Sequence record: ON287376.1
Length of the DNA stretch: 64,000 nucleotides
Direction: 5' to 3' (one strand)
Shown here: positions 38,484 to 48,272 of the stretch, piece by piece
Position numbering within the stretch: the first letter of the stretch is position 1
Layout of the letters: every line of letters starts with the position of its first letter
Notes under the pieces: generated by a model
What the model saw: only the letters and a program-made list of their open reading frames with translations
The model's database searches: none
Told to the model about the DNA's origin: nothing
Translations under genes and position numbers: made by a program

Positions 38484-39761
38484 TTGGGTGTTTATCTGTT
38501 AAATCCGGACTATGACAGGGATATCGCAGCTCTGCCTCGTCCTCCAATTATCCTCAATGATATCGACCCGGCGCATTATGAAGGTACTGATCCAGTCAAA
38601 GAACTGACCATGACCGAATATAGCGACGACTTCATTGAGACATTACCGGCGTGTGAGTGTGGCCACACCCATGGTCGGTATAATTCATCGAACGACCCAA
38701 GTATCCCTAACACGGTATGTCCGAAATGTCAGACTGAAGTGATGAGCCCAATCGATCGAGGGTTTAAATCTTCTGTGTGGCTGAGAGCACCTAACGGTGT
38801 TCGTGCGTTCATCCGTATCAATGCGTTGGTCATGTTGCTGAAGAACTTCACCCAGGAGAACTTCTCGGCAATTGAATGGCTCTGTAACACCAAATATAAG
38901 CCAACCAACGATACCAGTGCCACGTTCCGTCGGTTCAAAGAACTGAACATCCCTCGTGGCTATAATCACTTTATCGAGAACTTCGATGACATCCTGGGAG
39001 CGATGGTAGATAGTAAGATATTCAAGCCATCTGCTAACCGTAACGATGCGTTGGTGTATTTCGATAAGTTCAGGGATCTCCTGTTCCCAACCGTCCTCCC
39101 GTTGCCATCTCGCCGGTCTATCATCACGGAGCTTAGTAACAAAACTCGCTTCTGTGCTGAAGGCTATGCAGATGTTGTCGATGCCGCACGAGCTATTTAT
39201 AGCTTGGTCGGTAAAGATGAACCGCGTTATCAAGTGACTAAGGAATATCACGTATTCCGAGCACTGATGATGTTGGTGAAGTATCGGGAATATATCGACA
39301 AGAACATCCTGGGTAAGAAAGAAGGCTGGTTCCGTAAACAGATCTATGGATCTCGTACCGGACCAACTTATCGTGGCGTAGTAACGTCTATCGCGGGATC
39401 TCACGACTATGAAGAAATGCATATGCCGTGGGGGATTGCGTTAGGGGTTTATCACACCCACTTGATCGGAAAGTTAGTTCGTCGCGGATTCACCATCCAA
39501 GACTCTGAGGATCTACTGATCTCTTCAGTAGGGCGTTATAATCCGCTGATCTCCACACTGCTGGATGAGCTGATTGACGAATCTCCGTTTACGACAATTA
39601 GTGGTAAACGCGGGCTACCTCAGTTGCTGGGTCGAAATCCAACGTTGAACTTACGTTCGATTCAGAACCTGTTTGTCACCAAAATCAAAAGGGACGTGCA
39701 CGACAATACTATCGGCCTATCGCTGCTAGTGCTGAAGGCTCCGAACTGTGACTTCGACGGT
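38484..39761 (+). CDS. non-virion RNA polymerase beta' N-terminal subunit, exon 1 (phiKZ gp55-like)
   Basis: Zn-binding CECG...CPKC, KEG.FR..I.GSR, R.PTL, ending in APNCDFDG at the intron boundary. Confidence 0.9.
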
Positions 39762-40057
39762 AGAAGTAACCCAACTAAGTTGCCGTCTTAAAACTCCTTT
39801 AACTGCTGGGAACTCTTGCTAGGTAGATTGGCTACAACGTAACTGGAAACGGTAAGCGTGAATGCTTGAAAACAATCTAATAGAGACAATCAGCATCCAA
39901 GCTCCTGTAAAATGGAGAAGGTTCAACGACTATCGAAAGCACGTAACACGGATGTGGTAAACGTAGTGAGTAGAGTAGGGGAAACCCGAAACGAGGAGCA
40001 CTTGAACGATTCAAGTGAAGATATAGTCTGTTAAGTACTCGGTGCATTTAGCCGAGG
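39762..40057 (+). ncRNA. group I self-splicing intron (IA-like, no ORF), 296 nt
   Basis: P1: exon GACGGU pairs with IGS GCCGUC (39782-87), with U.G at the splice site. P AACTGCTGGGAA (39801), Q AATCAGCATCCAAG (39888), R GTTCAACGACTA (39921), S AAGATATAGTCT (40018). P3 CTCCT/AGGAG, P8 CACTTGAA/TTCAAGTG, P9 hairpin, terminal G at 40057. Confidence 0.92.
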
Positions 40058-40231
40058 GACATGTTGGGCGGGATGCCTATCCTGAGTAAGGCGGATTATC
40101 ATCGTGTGCGCAAATTAGCTCCTCACACGGGTACATTCGATCTGAACAAACCGCACGCCTTGAACAACAATATGGCGTTGGGTGCTCCGGTAAGGGCTAC
40201 GATAAACAACTACCTTCACAGGAGGAAGTAA
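40058..40231 (+). CDS. nvRNAP beta' N-terminal subunit, exon 2 (phiKZ gp56.1-like; absent from the ORF track)
   Basis: Splicing restores DFDG|D: DMLGGMPILSKADYHRVRKLAPHTGTFDLNKPHALNNNMALGAPVRATINNYLHRRK*. Confidence 0.88.
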   Translation, partial: DMLGGMPILSKADYHRVRKLAPHTGTFDLNKPHALNNNMALGAPVRATINNYLHRRK

Positions 40232-40852
40232 TTGAAAATTTCTATAGTTAGCGGAGACGAGCGATCGTTCCGAGCGGCTGCGTTCGGGATGCCTGATCGT
40301 GACTCCGTAGAGCGGACATATTCTCGTCTGGAAGAATTCAGTCGTGGGTTGTCTTCTCGGGCAAGGGAAGGTCTGGAGCGTACTCGTGGGTTGATTGAAT
40401 CCATGTATGACGATACGGTGCGTAACTCGCTGCGTATTCTGGGCCGGGTTAAACGCGGGCTGTTCCGTGATGACGTTATCCAGTTCTTGGATGATCAGAC
40501 GGAAATTGCCACAGCACCGATGACCATGCGTCGTTGGATTCTGGCGCACCCATTCATCCGTAGTCGTTATGATACCCAGTCCATTGATGCTTGGGGTAGT
40601 AAACCCGGTCAGTGGGATCTGGAAGGTAAAGGCTATGAAGATCTCTTCTATCGTGCAGCGACCAATGGTCTGGCAACGAAGAACGAGAAAGGTGAATGGT
40701 GGAGCGAATATACGTTTGGTGGTTGTTCTGTTCCTGGTGCGGGTACTATCTCTCTGGAAGAGCAGATGGATATCCTGGCTACCTGGGATATTATTGACGA
40801 CTGCATCGCAGACGGAATCGATCCGACTTCAGTAATGAAAGAGCGTCTTTAA
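40232..40852 (+). CDS. conserved hypothetical protein
   Basis: SD aggagg; TTG start right after the exon 2 stop; terminator follows. Confidence 0.7.
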   Translation: MKISIVSGDERSFRAAAFGMPDRDSVERTYSRLEEFSRGLSSRAREGLERTRGLIESMYDDTVRNSLRILGRVKRGLFRDDVIQFLDDQTEIATAPMTMRRWILAHPFIRSRYDTQSIDAWGSKPGQWDLEGKGYEDLFYRAATNGLATKNEKGEWWSEYTFGGCSVPGAGTISLEEQMDILATWDIIDDCIADGIDPTSVMKERL

Positions 40853-40934
40853 TAGACGAAGAAGAGGGGCATTTGCTCCTCTTCTTTTTTTGTTCGAATT
40901 CTATGGACAAGTAATCATTCATTAGGAGTTCTAG

Positions 40935-41330
40935 ATGGCAACTGTACATGCCTCTTTAAACGGGTACGGTTACACCAAAGACCCAACTATCATTGCCGAT
41001 GAGTTATTCGGCGAGAGCATCTATAGCAGGCGCTCTCAGACCGAGATCTACTTCGGGAAGATCGTCTCCTTGGACGACATGATTCGACAATTCAGCGATC
41101 GACCTACTGAGCTTTGTAAGGAGTTGGAAGATCAATACACTGAGTTGTTTGGTCGTCACTTTGTGGACGTACGGGTTCAGGCTACTTCCGAGGAGCCTGA
41201 AGGTAAAGACACTTTCAACGTAGTGTTAAAAATTAGATATCTGCGAGATGGTATACGGTACGACTTCGCGCGTGTCATCGAGCACTACGATGGCGTCGTT
41301 AAAGAGATTACAAGGATACTTGACAAATGA
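40935..41330 (+). CDS. conserved hypothetical protein of the core block
   Basis: SD aggag. Confidence 0.7.
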   Translation: MATVHASLNGYGYTKDPTIIADELFGESIYSRRSQTEIYFGKIVSLDDMIRQFSDRPTELCKELEDQYTELFGRHFVDVRVQATSEEPEGKDTFNVVLKIRYLRDGIRYDFARVIEHYDGVVKEITRILDK

Positions 41331-41890
41331 CCGATCTCACTCCTCCAATTCCTCAGGAAGATACTAGCTTCCTGGATGCGATCTTAGACTGGAGCGAAGC
41401 CTCCATCGGATCCATCGATAAAGAAACCTTTGCCCGTACCTGGCTCCCTGCCTTGACCAGCGAAGATAAAGTTATTCGTGAAAACGCCTGGCGTGCCTGG
41501 GAAGCTGACGTTGCCAAAAGCTTTTCCTTGCCGGTCTATGTTACCGAAGACGGCGAACGTAAGTGGTTAGTTCCCCCTGTCATTGGTACCATTAACTCGG
41601 GTTACACTGCCAACCCGATGTCAGTAAATACTCAGAACCAGATGGTAGCAACTATGCGTAACCGTCTGCTCGCCAACGGCGACATTGCCCAGGACAAAAT
41701 GTTCGAGGGTATCGCCAATGCAGATGGCACTGCCGCAGATATCAATAAGTTCTATCAGCTGAACTGGTTTGTTATTCTCCGTGACTTCGGTCACCTGAAA
41801 GATGAATCTGGAAAGGCGGTTGCTGCTACTAATGTAGACGCGGCTAATGGTACTGATGATGTCTACGAAGAAGGCGAGTATGATTTCTGA
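41327..41890 (+). CDS. conserved hypothetical protein with acidic tail
   Basis: ATGA coupling. Confidence 0.7.
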   Translation: MTDLTPPIPQEDTSFLDAILDWSEASIGSIDKETFARTWLPALTSEDKVIRENAWRAWEADVAKSFSLPVYVTEDGERKWLVPPVIGTINSGYTANPMSVNTQNQMVATMRNRLLANGDIAQDKMFEGIANADGTAADINKFYQLNWFVILRDFGHLKDESGKAVAATNVDAANGTDDVYEEGEYDF

Positions 41891-43004
41891 CGAAAAAGGC
41901 CTGCGTATTGGGCTCGTCAGTGATGTTCACTTTTTCCATAAACGGACTCGGTCGCCACGTATGTTGGCGGCCATCCGTCGTCTATTTCCGGATAATGACG
42001 AAACGGGAGAATTAGACATCATTGCGATCACCGGTGACTGGACAGATCACTTGGTATCGTTAGATGATCCCGATGTATATTTCGCCCAGGAAGCGGCGAT
42101 TTATTTGATGCGCCTCTGTGCCAAACGGGACATTGACCTTATCGTCCTGGAAGGTACCAAATCCCATGACCGAAACCAAAACATCATGTTCGATAAATTG
42201 AACAAGATACTGGAATTAGGTTGTAACGTTATCTACCGAGACACGCTGTGTATTGAGTATCTGGAAAAGCACGGGATTAACATTCTGTTCTTACCTGATG
42301 AATGGTCACCTAATGCTGAAGTTACTCTGCAACAGGCCAAAGACTTGATTCACTCTCGTGGCTTGGCAAAAGTTGACTTTGTCTTTATGCATGGCGGCTT
42401 CACTTACCAATTACCCGGCATCCCATCTCCAGCGTTGCACGACGCAGTAGCTTGGAGTGAGTTAGTTGAGTATGCGGTATTTAGTGGGCACATCCACACT
42501 CACTCTCGTTATCTTAACGTCATGTCTGTAGGCTCTCTGGAGCGCCTTGGGCACGGCGAAGAAGAAAACAAGGGCGTAGTCTACATGACCTATGCAAATG
42601 GGCGTGAGACGGACTACGTGCGTAAATTCAACCATGATGCCAGGATTTACCGTACCCTCGATGTTCAGGGTATGGAGATCAACGACGTCTTACAGATTAT
42701 TGATTCAGAGGGGCCGTGGGAACCCGGTTCTGCGATTCGTCTTCTGTTCGATCCTGAAGATCCTAAGATGGCTATAATGGAGGCGGTAAAAGCAATATAC
42801 GGAGATATTGAGTTTACTGAGAAAGTCAACGGTAAGAAGTTAAAAACAATGCATCGTGGTACTGCGTTTGTCCAGCAGAGATACGTAGCTACGCCGATTA
42901 CTCGTGCAAACGTATCTTCTCTTTTAGAGAAGCGCTGGTCTGATCGCGGTACTGATTCAGCAACCATCGAAGAACATCTTGATTTGGTAAGGGGACTTTT
43001 GTGA
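41880..43004 (+). CDS. SbcD/Mre11-like metallophosphoesterase nuclease
   Basis: Motifs SDVH, GDWTD, GTKSHD, HGG and GHIH; probable start ATG 41880 (MISDEK). Confidence 0.85.
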   Translation: MISDEKGLRIGLVSDVHFFHKRTRSPRMLAAIRRLFPDNDETGELDIIAITGDWTDHLVSLDDPDVYFAQEAAIYLMRLCAKRDIDLIVLEGTKSHDRNQNIMFDKLNKILELGCNVIYRDTLCIEYLEKHGINILFLPDEWSPNAEVTLQQAKDLIHSRGLAKVDFVFMHGGFTYQLPGIPSPALHDAVAWSELVEYAVFSGHIHTHSRYLNVMSVGSLERLGHGEEENKGVVYMTYANGRETDYVRKFNHDARIYRTLDVQGMEINDVLQIIDSEGPWEPGSAIRLLFDPEDPKMAIMEAVKAIYGDIEFTEKVNGKKLKTMHRGTAFVQQRYVATPITRANVSSLLEKRWSDRGTDSATIEEHLDLVRGLL

Positions 43005-43405
43005 AGGCAATTGTTAGAAACTCAATGGAGGTCACCGTAGACAATACGGTGCCTTATATCCTACTTTTGGCTTTGTCGCCTGTATTGGGACTTATCGCTA
43101 AGGTAACGTTCTGGTCGTTTTACGGTGGCTCCAGTATTTTGATCTTCGGGGCAGGCGTTGGGTTAATCGTTCACTGGTGTTCGTGGGTGATGACTAACAC
43201 TACTGAAAACGACGGTATCCCTGGCTGGTTAGCTGGGGTAATGTCTTACCTGGCTGTCAGTATTGGTTTTGTTCTGATCAACTGGGGACTCCACCTTATC
43301 GACTACAGAGTACGAGTTGATACAGCTAACGCATCTATCGTCTGTCTGTTAGCGGCATCTGCCGTACCGTTGATTCGCTTATGGTTCGATAAACGAAAAG
43401 GGTAA
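43001..43405 (+). CDS. multi-pass membrane protein (about 4 hydrophobic segments)
   Basis: Hydrophobic stretches throughout; basic C-terminus; coupled to both neighbours. Confidence 0.6.
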   Translation: MKAIVRNSMEVTVDNTVPYILLLALSPVLGLIAKVTFWSFYGGSSILIFGAGVGLIVHWCSWVMTNTTENDGIPGWLAGVMSYLAVSIGFVLINWGLHLIDYRVRVDTANASIVCLLAASAVPLIRLWFDKRKG

Positions 43406-43408
43406 GTT

Positions 43409-44233
43409 ATGAACGCATACGACGTCCTTTCTCAGCGGGCTGTCGGCGAACTTCCGATTTCTATAGGCACGGCTCTAGCTCTTGAGGGGCTAGAGAAAAA
43501 CATTAGCGCTGGTGATTCTGGTAATCAGCGCTATGGTGCTTTGTGGATTAACATTCGCACGCTGTACCGTAACATCTACGAATCGGTGGAGAATATCCGC
43601 CGACCTTTATTAACGCCAAAAGCAATTGCGGATACATTGATCGAAGAAGTTCAGTATATTCGTCGTTTTGCTAGCGGTAAGATTGACCACGTTCAGTTGT
43701 ATCACCGTGAGTACGCAGATCTACTTCGTCGGTTCCCGAAAGCGTACATTAAGGTTCCTAATACCCCGTTGCAAAAACAATACGATGCGTTCATGAACAA
43801 GACACTGGACATTGTCATTGCTCGTGATGTCGACCAAAGTATTGAATGGGATAAGGGATCGATATTGCGCGGTGAGCCTACCAAAGCGTTGATCATTACT
43901 CACTACCCGGTTGACTTACTTTCTCGTACCAAGTTCACCCAGCTACGTTTGCTGGAGTCGTACACGGCTGCGATTAAGTCTAAGTCGCAATGGAACACGA
44001 AGTTGACGGAAGGTAAGAACCTCAAGAACATGCCTTTCAACGATTTCACTATTCAGGTCTTTGGCGATGGCCCGACGCAGTTCTTGCGTATGCCAATTGC
44101 AATTCGCCGAGCAGTTATCGATTGTGCAATTAAGTACAAATGGACACCGATGACCACCACTGAAAAGATCCGTCAGAACATCCAATGGATACCTGACAAA
44201 TCGATCGTGGAGCTACTCAGAGAGGCTCTCTAG
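43409..44233 (+). CDS. conserved core hypothetical protein (possible nuclease-like alpha/beta fold)
   Basis: 274 aa with WINIRTLYRN and LIITHYPVDLL segments; synteny. Confidence 0.6.
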   Translation: MNAYDVLSQRAVGELPISIGTALALEGLEKNISAGDSGNQRYGALWINIRTLYRNIYESVENIRRPLLTPKAIADTLIEEVQYIRRFASGKIDHVQLYHREYADLLRRFPKAYIKVPNTPLQKQYDAFMNKTLDIVIARDVDQSIEWDKGSILRGEPTKALIITHYPVDLLSRTKFTQLRLLESYTAAIKSKSQWNTKLTEGKNLKNMPFNDFTIQVFGDGPTQFLRMPIAIRRAVIDCAIKYKWTPMTTTEKIRQNIQWIPDKSIVELLREAL

Positions 44234-44310
44234 TAGTATTTTACGCCGGCTCTAGTGATATGAGCCAACTTACAAATTTATCTTCAAACCGAATATTAAG
44301 GGTTTACCAA

Positions 44311-45093
44311 ATGGCAGAACAAAAGTCTTATAGCCTGGGTCGTCGCGAACGTGCACTCGATGATTGGGCATGTCGCCTGTTTGCTCCGGCTACTCAAAAC
44401 AGCGATGGTAAAGAACCATTCCTGTTTATTGATTTCCGCTACAATCATCAGGATAAAGTTCGCGATATCCAGATGGGTGTAAACCTGCGCAAAGGCGGTA
44501 AAGACGGTAAGATCGACTTCTTCCCTAACCTGGTTCAGTTCAACGCGCTGTGCGAAGCTATCCGCATGGTAGCTAACGACCAGATCCCTGACGGTATGGT
44601 CAAAATGGAAGTCATGACCACGTTCATGTTCGGTAAGAAACTGGATCGTCCAGAAACCGAATTCATGATCGTGGTCGGGAAAGACCAGGAAGGCGTATTC
44701 ATCGGGATCACTCAGAAAGGCCGCGATAACGTGAAGTTCTACTTCACCGGTCCGCGCATGACCGTTCTGCGCAACCGTGCAGGTGAAGTGTTCGATAACT
44801 CGGTCACCAGCAAAATCTTCGCGATCGCTCGTGCGAACATGTGGGAAAGCCACATCAACTATCTGATGCAAAGCGCATACCTGGACGCTCCTGAACTGGA
44901 GCAAGCAAAGGAAGCGAAGAAACGCGCCAACCAAGCACGCTTCAGCCAGAACCAAGGTCGCCAGGGCGGCGGCGGAAATTCATGGGGCGGAAATGGTGGT
45001 GGTAACGGCGGCGGCAATAGCTGGGGCGGCGGTCAGCAACAACAATCTGCTCCTCCAGCCGATGGCGGCTTCGATAACGACATTCCGTGGTAA
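44311..45093 (+). CDS. putative nucleic-acid-binding protein with Gly-rich linker and SSB-like tail (phiKZ gp67 position)
   Basis: C-terminus GGGNSWGG repeats, QQQQ, ...GGFDNDIPW; start uncertain (44260 or 44311). Confidence 0.55.
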   Translation: MAEQKSYSLGRRERALDDWACRLFAPATQNSDGKEPFLFIDFRYNHQDKVRDIQMGVNLRKGGKDGKIDFFPNLVQFNALCEAIRMVANDQIPDGMVKMEVMTTFMFGKKLDRPETEFMIVVGKDQEGVFIGITQKGRDNVKFYFTGPRMTVLRNRAGEVFDNSVTSKIFAIARANMWESHINYLMQSAYLDAPELEQAKEAKKRANQARFSQNQGRQGGGGNSWGGNGGGNGGGNSWGGGQQQQSAPPADGGFDNDIPW

Positions 45094-45150
45094 TACGGTA
45101 AAGCTGCTGAGGGCTACTTGCCCTCAGCAGTCTCTACTATTTTTCACGTA

Positions 45151-45168
45151 TATATTACCTAATTGATA
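45151..45168 (+). promoter_or_regulatory. early promoter upstream of the gp68-like subunit
   Basis: tttttca-cgta-tatattac-ctaa-ttgata. Confidence 0.7.
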
Positions 45169-45196
45169 ACAAACCAAATGGTCTACAGGAGACTTC

Positions 45197-46714
45197 ATGG
45201 AAATCTATTTTGATCCGGAAATCGACGAGAAACAAAAGCTCGTTTTGATGGGACATCCCGGAGAAGAACCGTTGGTCTGGGACATGCGTTATTACAAGAA
45301 GGTAAACGCGGAAATGTTCCGGGACATCAACGATTTCTGGCGGTGGCGTCCAGAAGAAGAACAGGCTGCGATCTTCCAGGCGTTCAGGAATATCCGCGAT
45401 GTGCTCGGTGTAGTATTCGATCCAAACGTTCTGTTCAGTATCATCAACAAGGAAGTCATTAAGATCGCGAAGTATCATCCGATCGACCTGGTTGATCACT
45501 GGGTAAGAACGCGTTCTCAGATTCGTTTTCCGGATAACCTGAAAGACGAAATGGATGAGCGTGACCGGCCTGAGCAAACGTATCTGCGTGACGACTATCG
45601 TCAGCTGACGTCTCTGTCGGTAATCCTGAAGTTCATGTTGCCGATCTGGTCTGAGTATACCATGCTCAAACTGGGGTTGCGTGAGAACCAGCAGGAAGTA
45701 GTATCCATGGCGTTGCTGCAACGTAGTGGTATTGAAGAGAGTGCCCCATTCCAGCGGTTCCGCGTATTCGTGGATTATATCGCATCGGATAACGATCCGG
45801 GTATGAGAAACATTCTCGAAGGTATCGGAACGTTGGACATGCCAGAGTGGATCTTCAGTCTGATGATGGTAGAGCGACTGGCGGCGGCGGTAGTGTCTCA
45901 CAACGACGATGCGAACAAAGAGCAAACAGTTAACCTGATCTCTACGCTCTGGGCACAAACTCGGGCTAAACTGAGTCCTGACCAGAACCGTAAGAAAGGG
46001 GATGTTCGTCCTAAGACGTTTACGTCGGCGAACGGTAGCGAAGAAGACAACTCGTCTACAGCGGAAAGTTATAAGCCCAAGGAACGTATCAGTGATGGTA
46101 CTCGAATTGAGTTCGACTATTCTGCAGCAGATGCGGCGTTGATGGGTCGTCGGTTGATGAACGATATCGATCTGGATCTGTTGAAACGACTGGTCCGTCG
46201 TAATTCGCTTCGTAAGTATTTCAACCCGACCGAAGAGCAAGTTAAGTTAACGGCACTGACGTTAGCGAAAATTAACCCGACTCGTGCAATGCCTCACACC
46301 GATCGTACCGGTGCGATTAACATGTTGTCGGTAGCTCAGACCTATCTGCATCAGAAAGGGTTCTCTACTCTGGCTGATCTGTTAGGTGCAAGTCGCGGTG
46401 AGCCGTGTAATACGATCTCTGGTAGCGAACAGATCAAAGATCACCACAAAACTATACTGGCAACCATCTATCCATATCGTCGCCAAGTAAAAGCGGGTAC
46501 TGGCTCTAAGACGGTATTGAAAGATCCGGGCACAATTGCCATTGAAACATTAACAAGTAAATTCGCAGGCTATTATTGGTATCGTGATACTGATGACGTC
46601 ATTGCGGAAAGCTCCAAGATGGTTATTCGGGAAGGCGGTATGGTTATCCCTAGCGATATCCGACTGATCCTGGCTGACTTCATCATTGCATTAAACGGCC
46701 CAACTGGCCTGTAA
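45197..46714 (+). CDS. non-virion RNAP specificity (sigma-like) subunit, phiKZ gp68-like
   Basis: 505 aa helical protein in the gp68 position ahead of gp69/gp70/beta; early promoter. Synteny-based. Confidence 0.7.
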   Translation: MEIYFDPEIDEKQKLVLMGHPGEEPLVWDMRYYKKVNAEMFRDINDFWRWRPEEEQAAIFQAFRNIRDVLGVVFDPNVLFSIINKEVIKIAKYHPIDLVDHWVRTRSQIRFPDNLKDEMDERDRPEQTYLRDDYRQLTSLSVILKFMLPIWSEYTMLKLGLRENQQEVVSMALLQRSGIEESAPFQRFRVFVDYIASDNDPGMRNILEGIGTLDMPEWIFSLMMVERLAAAVVSHNDDANKEQTVNLISTLWAQTRAKLSPDQNRKKGDVRPKTFTSANGSEEDNSSTAESYKPKERISDGTRIEFDYSAADAALMGRRLMNDIDLDLLKRLVRRNSLRKYFNPTEEQVKLTALTLAKINPTRAMPHTDRTGAINMLSVAQTYLHQKGFSTLADLLGASRGEPCNTISGSEQIKDHHKTILATIYPYRRQVKAGTGSKTVLKDPGTIAIETLTSKFAGYYWYRDTDDVIAESSKMVIREGGMVIPSDIRLILADFIIALNGPTGL

Positions 46715-46746
46715 AATAAATCGACTAAGAAAAGGAAAGACAATAA

Positions 46747-48240
46747 ATGAAACCTCAAGTTATCGACGCAATCTTCTTCGAATCTTCTAACTACGATGAT
46801 CAGTTCTCTCGTTCTTTCGATACTCACTTCGACGGAGATGTATCGAATGACCTGTTGCGTAACACCAACAACGGTCGTAACTTGTCACCGACTGCATTGT
46901 CCCGTTCTGTGGGTTCTGCGATCACGATGCAATCTCGTCACCGTGGCGAAATCGTAATCCCAGGCGGCTGGGGCGAAAAACGTCTCAGTTTCATCATCAC
47001 TGTACTGATCGACGATTATAATGGTCGTAGTCGTCGTCAGGTATTGACTGGCTATACTGACTATAACGGCGTGTCTCGTGTAAGTGGTTCTCTGGATGAT
47101 GAGATGTTGCTGTATGTCAACAACTCCACCACTATCGCAGATACCGTGTTCAGCACCGGTCGTGGTAATACTCGTCGTTCTCGTATTGAGAGCAACGATT
47201 ACATCATCCGACCAAACGCGCTGCGTAACGACCGTACTCGTCGTCTGGGCTTTGACGAACCTGAACGTCTGCTTCGTCCAAACGATATCTTCAATAACCG
47301 TTCTATTGCAGAACAAACTCGCTTCCTGGGCGGTAGTGACGAAATCATCGATACTCGTGGCGATCTCGGTAACGAAATCAAACTGGGTCGTCGTACTGAT
47401 AACAATGCGTCCAACTATCTGTCTCGCGTTCTTCGTGCAGGGATCATGGCTGAAACTAACACTCAGCCGGAGTTCAATGTCGAATCTCGTTTTGCGGCAG
47501 AAGAGCTGACTCCAGCGGAACATGCAGCAGCGGCAACTATGCCGAACGATATCGGTTCAAACACACTGTTCATGGAATTCCTGGCCAGCTGTGATTTCGG
47601 CGTAAGTGGTTCCATCACTCTGCGTGAGTTTGCAGACTGCACCGATTGGGATGAGCGTGCAACGCGCTTCATCGATGCCGGCGAAGTGGGTAAACGTGGC
47701 TATACTGGTTACGAACGTGGTCGTGGTAGCGACTGGAAAGGCTCTGACCGTAAGACCATCGCAGCATCTATCATCGCGCAATCTGTTCCGGCGTTGATGA
47801 TGCAACACTTCATCTCCGATGCTATCATTAAGATCACTAATGATACATTGACTGGTGAAATGAAAGCGCTGGTAGAAGGCCCTCGTGCAATGATCCCAGG
47901 TATGGACGTAACTCCGTATCTGACTCCGCTGGAAGACCTGCTGGTTCTGCAAGTCGGCGAAGTGGTATCGCACAACAACCAAATGTTGATCGATGTTCAG
48001 ATCGACTGTTCTGTCATTACCGATATCAAAATCACCATCAGCATTGAAGGTGATGAGGACGAAGAGTTCGTAGCTCCGTGCTTCTGTGATGGCCTGACTT
48101 CTCCGATGAAAACTCCTGACTACGATCAGGCAGCTAAGATCGGTAACGACCTGAGCGCAATCATCGACGATGTCGTAGACCAAATGCGTGCTGAAACCGA
48201 TGAGCCAACTCGCGATTACTTCGACCGCGACGGTTATTAA
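46747..48240 (+). CDS. picA: probable nuclear protein importer PicA/Imp1 (phiKZ gp69-like)
   Basis: 497 aa immediately after the gp68-like gene and two genes before the nvRNAP beta subunit. Synteny and size only. Confidence 0.65.
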   Translation: MKPQVIDAIFFESSNYDDQFSRSFDTHFDGDVSNDLLRNTNNGRNLSPTALSRSVGSAITMQSRHRGEIVIPGGWGEKRLSFIITVLIDDYNGRSRRQVLTGYTDYNGVSRVSGSLDDEMLLYVNNSTTIADTVFSTGRGNTRRSRIESNDYIIRPNALRNDRTRRLGFDEPERLLRPNDIFNNRSIAEQTRFLGGSDEIIDTRGDLGNEIKLGRRTDNNASNYLSRVLRAGIMAETNTQPEFNVESRFAAEELTPAEHAAAATMPNDIGSNTLFMEFLASCDFGVSGSITLREFADCTDWDERATRFIDAGEVGKRGYTGYERGRGSDWKGSDRKTIAASIIAQSVPALMMQHFISDAIIKITNDTLTGEMKALVEGPRAMIPGMDVTPYLTPLEDLLVLQVGEVVSHNNQMLIDVQIDCSVITDIKITISIEGDEDEEFVAPCFCDGLTSPMKTPDYDQAAKIGNDLSAIIDDVVDQMRAETDEPTRDYFDRDGY

Positions 48241-48272
48241 TCCAACCCAATTTTAAAAGAGAGTAAAGTATA

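Noticed and set aside
39762-39791. Apparent premature stop or pseudogenisation of the RNAP beta' gene
   Set aside because: Explained by the group I intron; the reading frame is restored on splicing.
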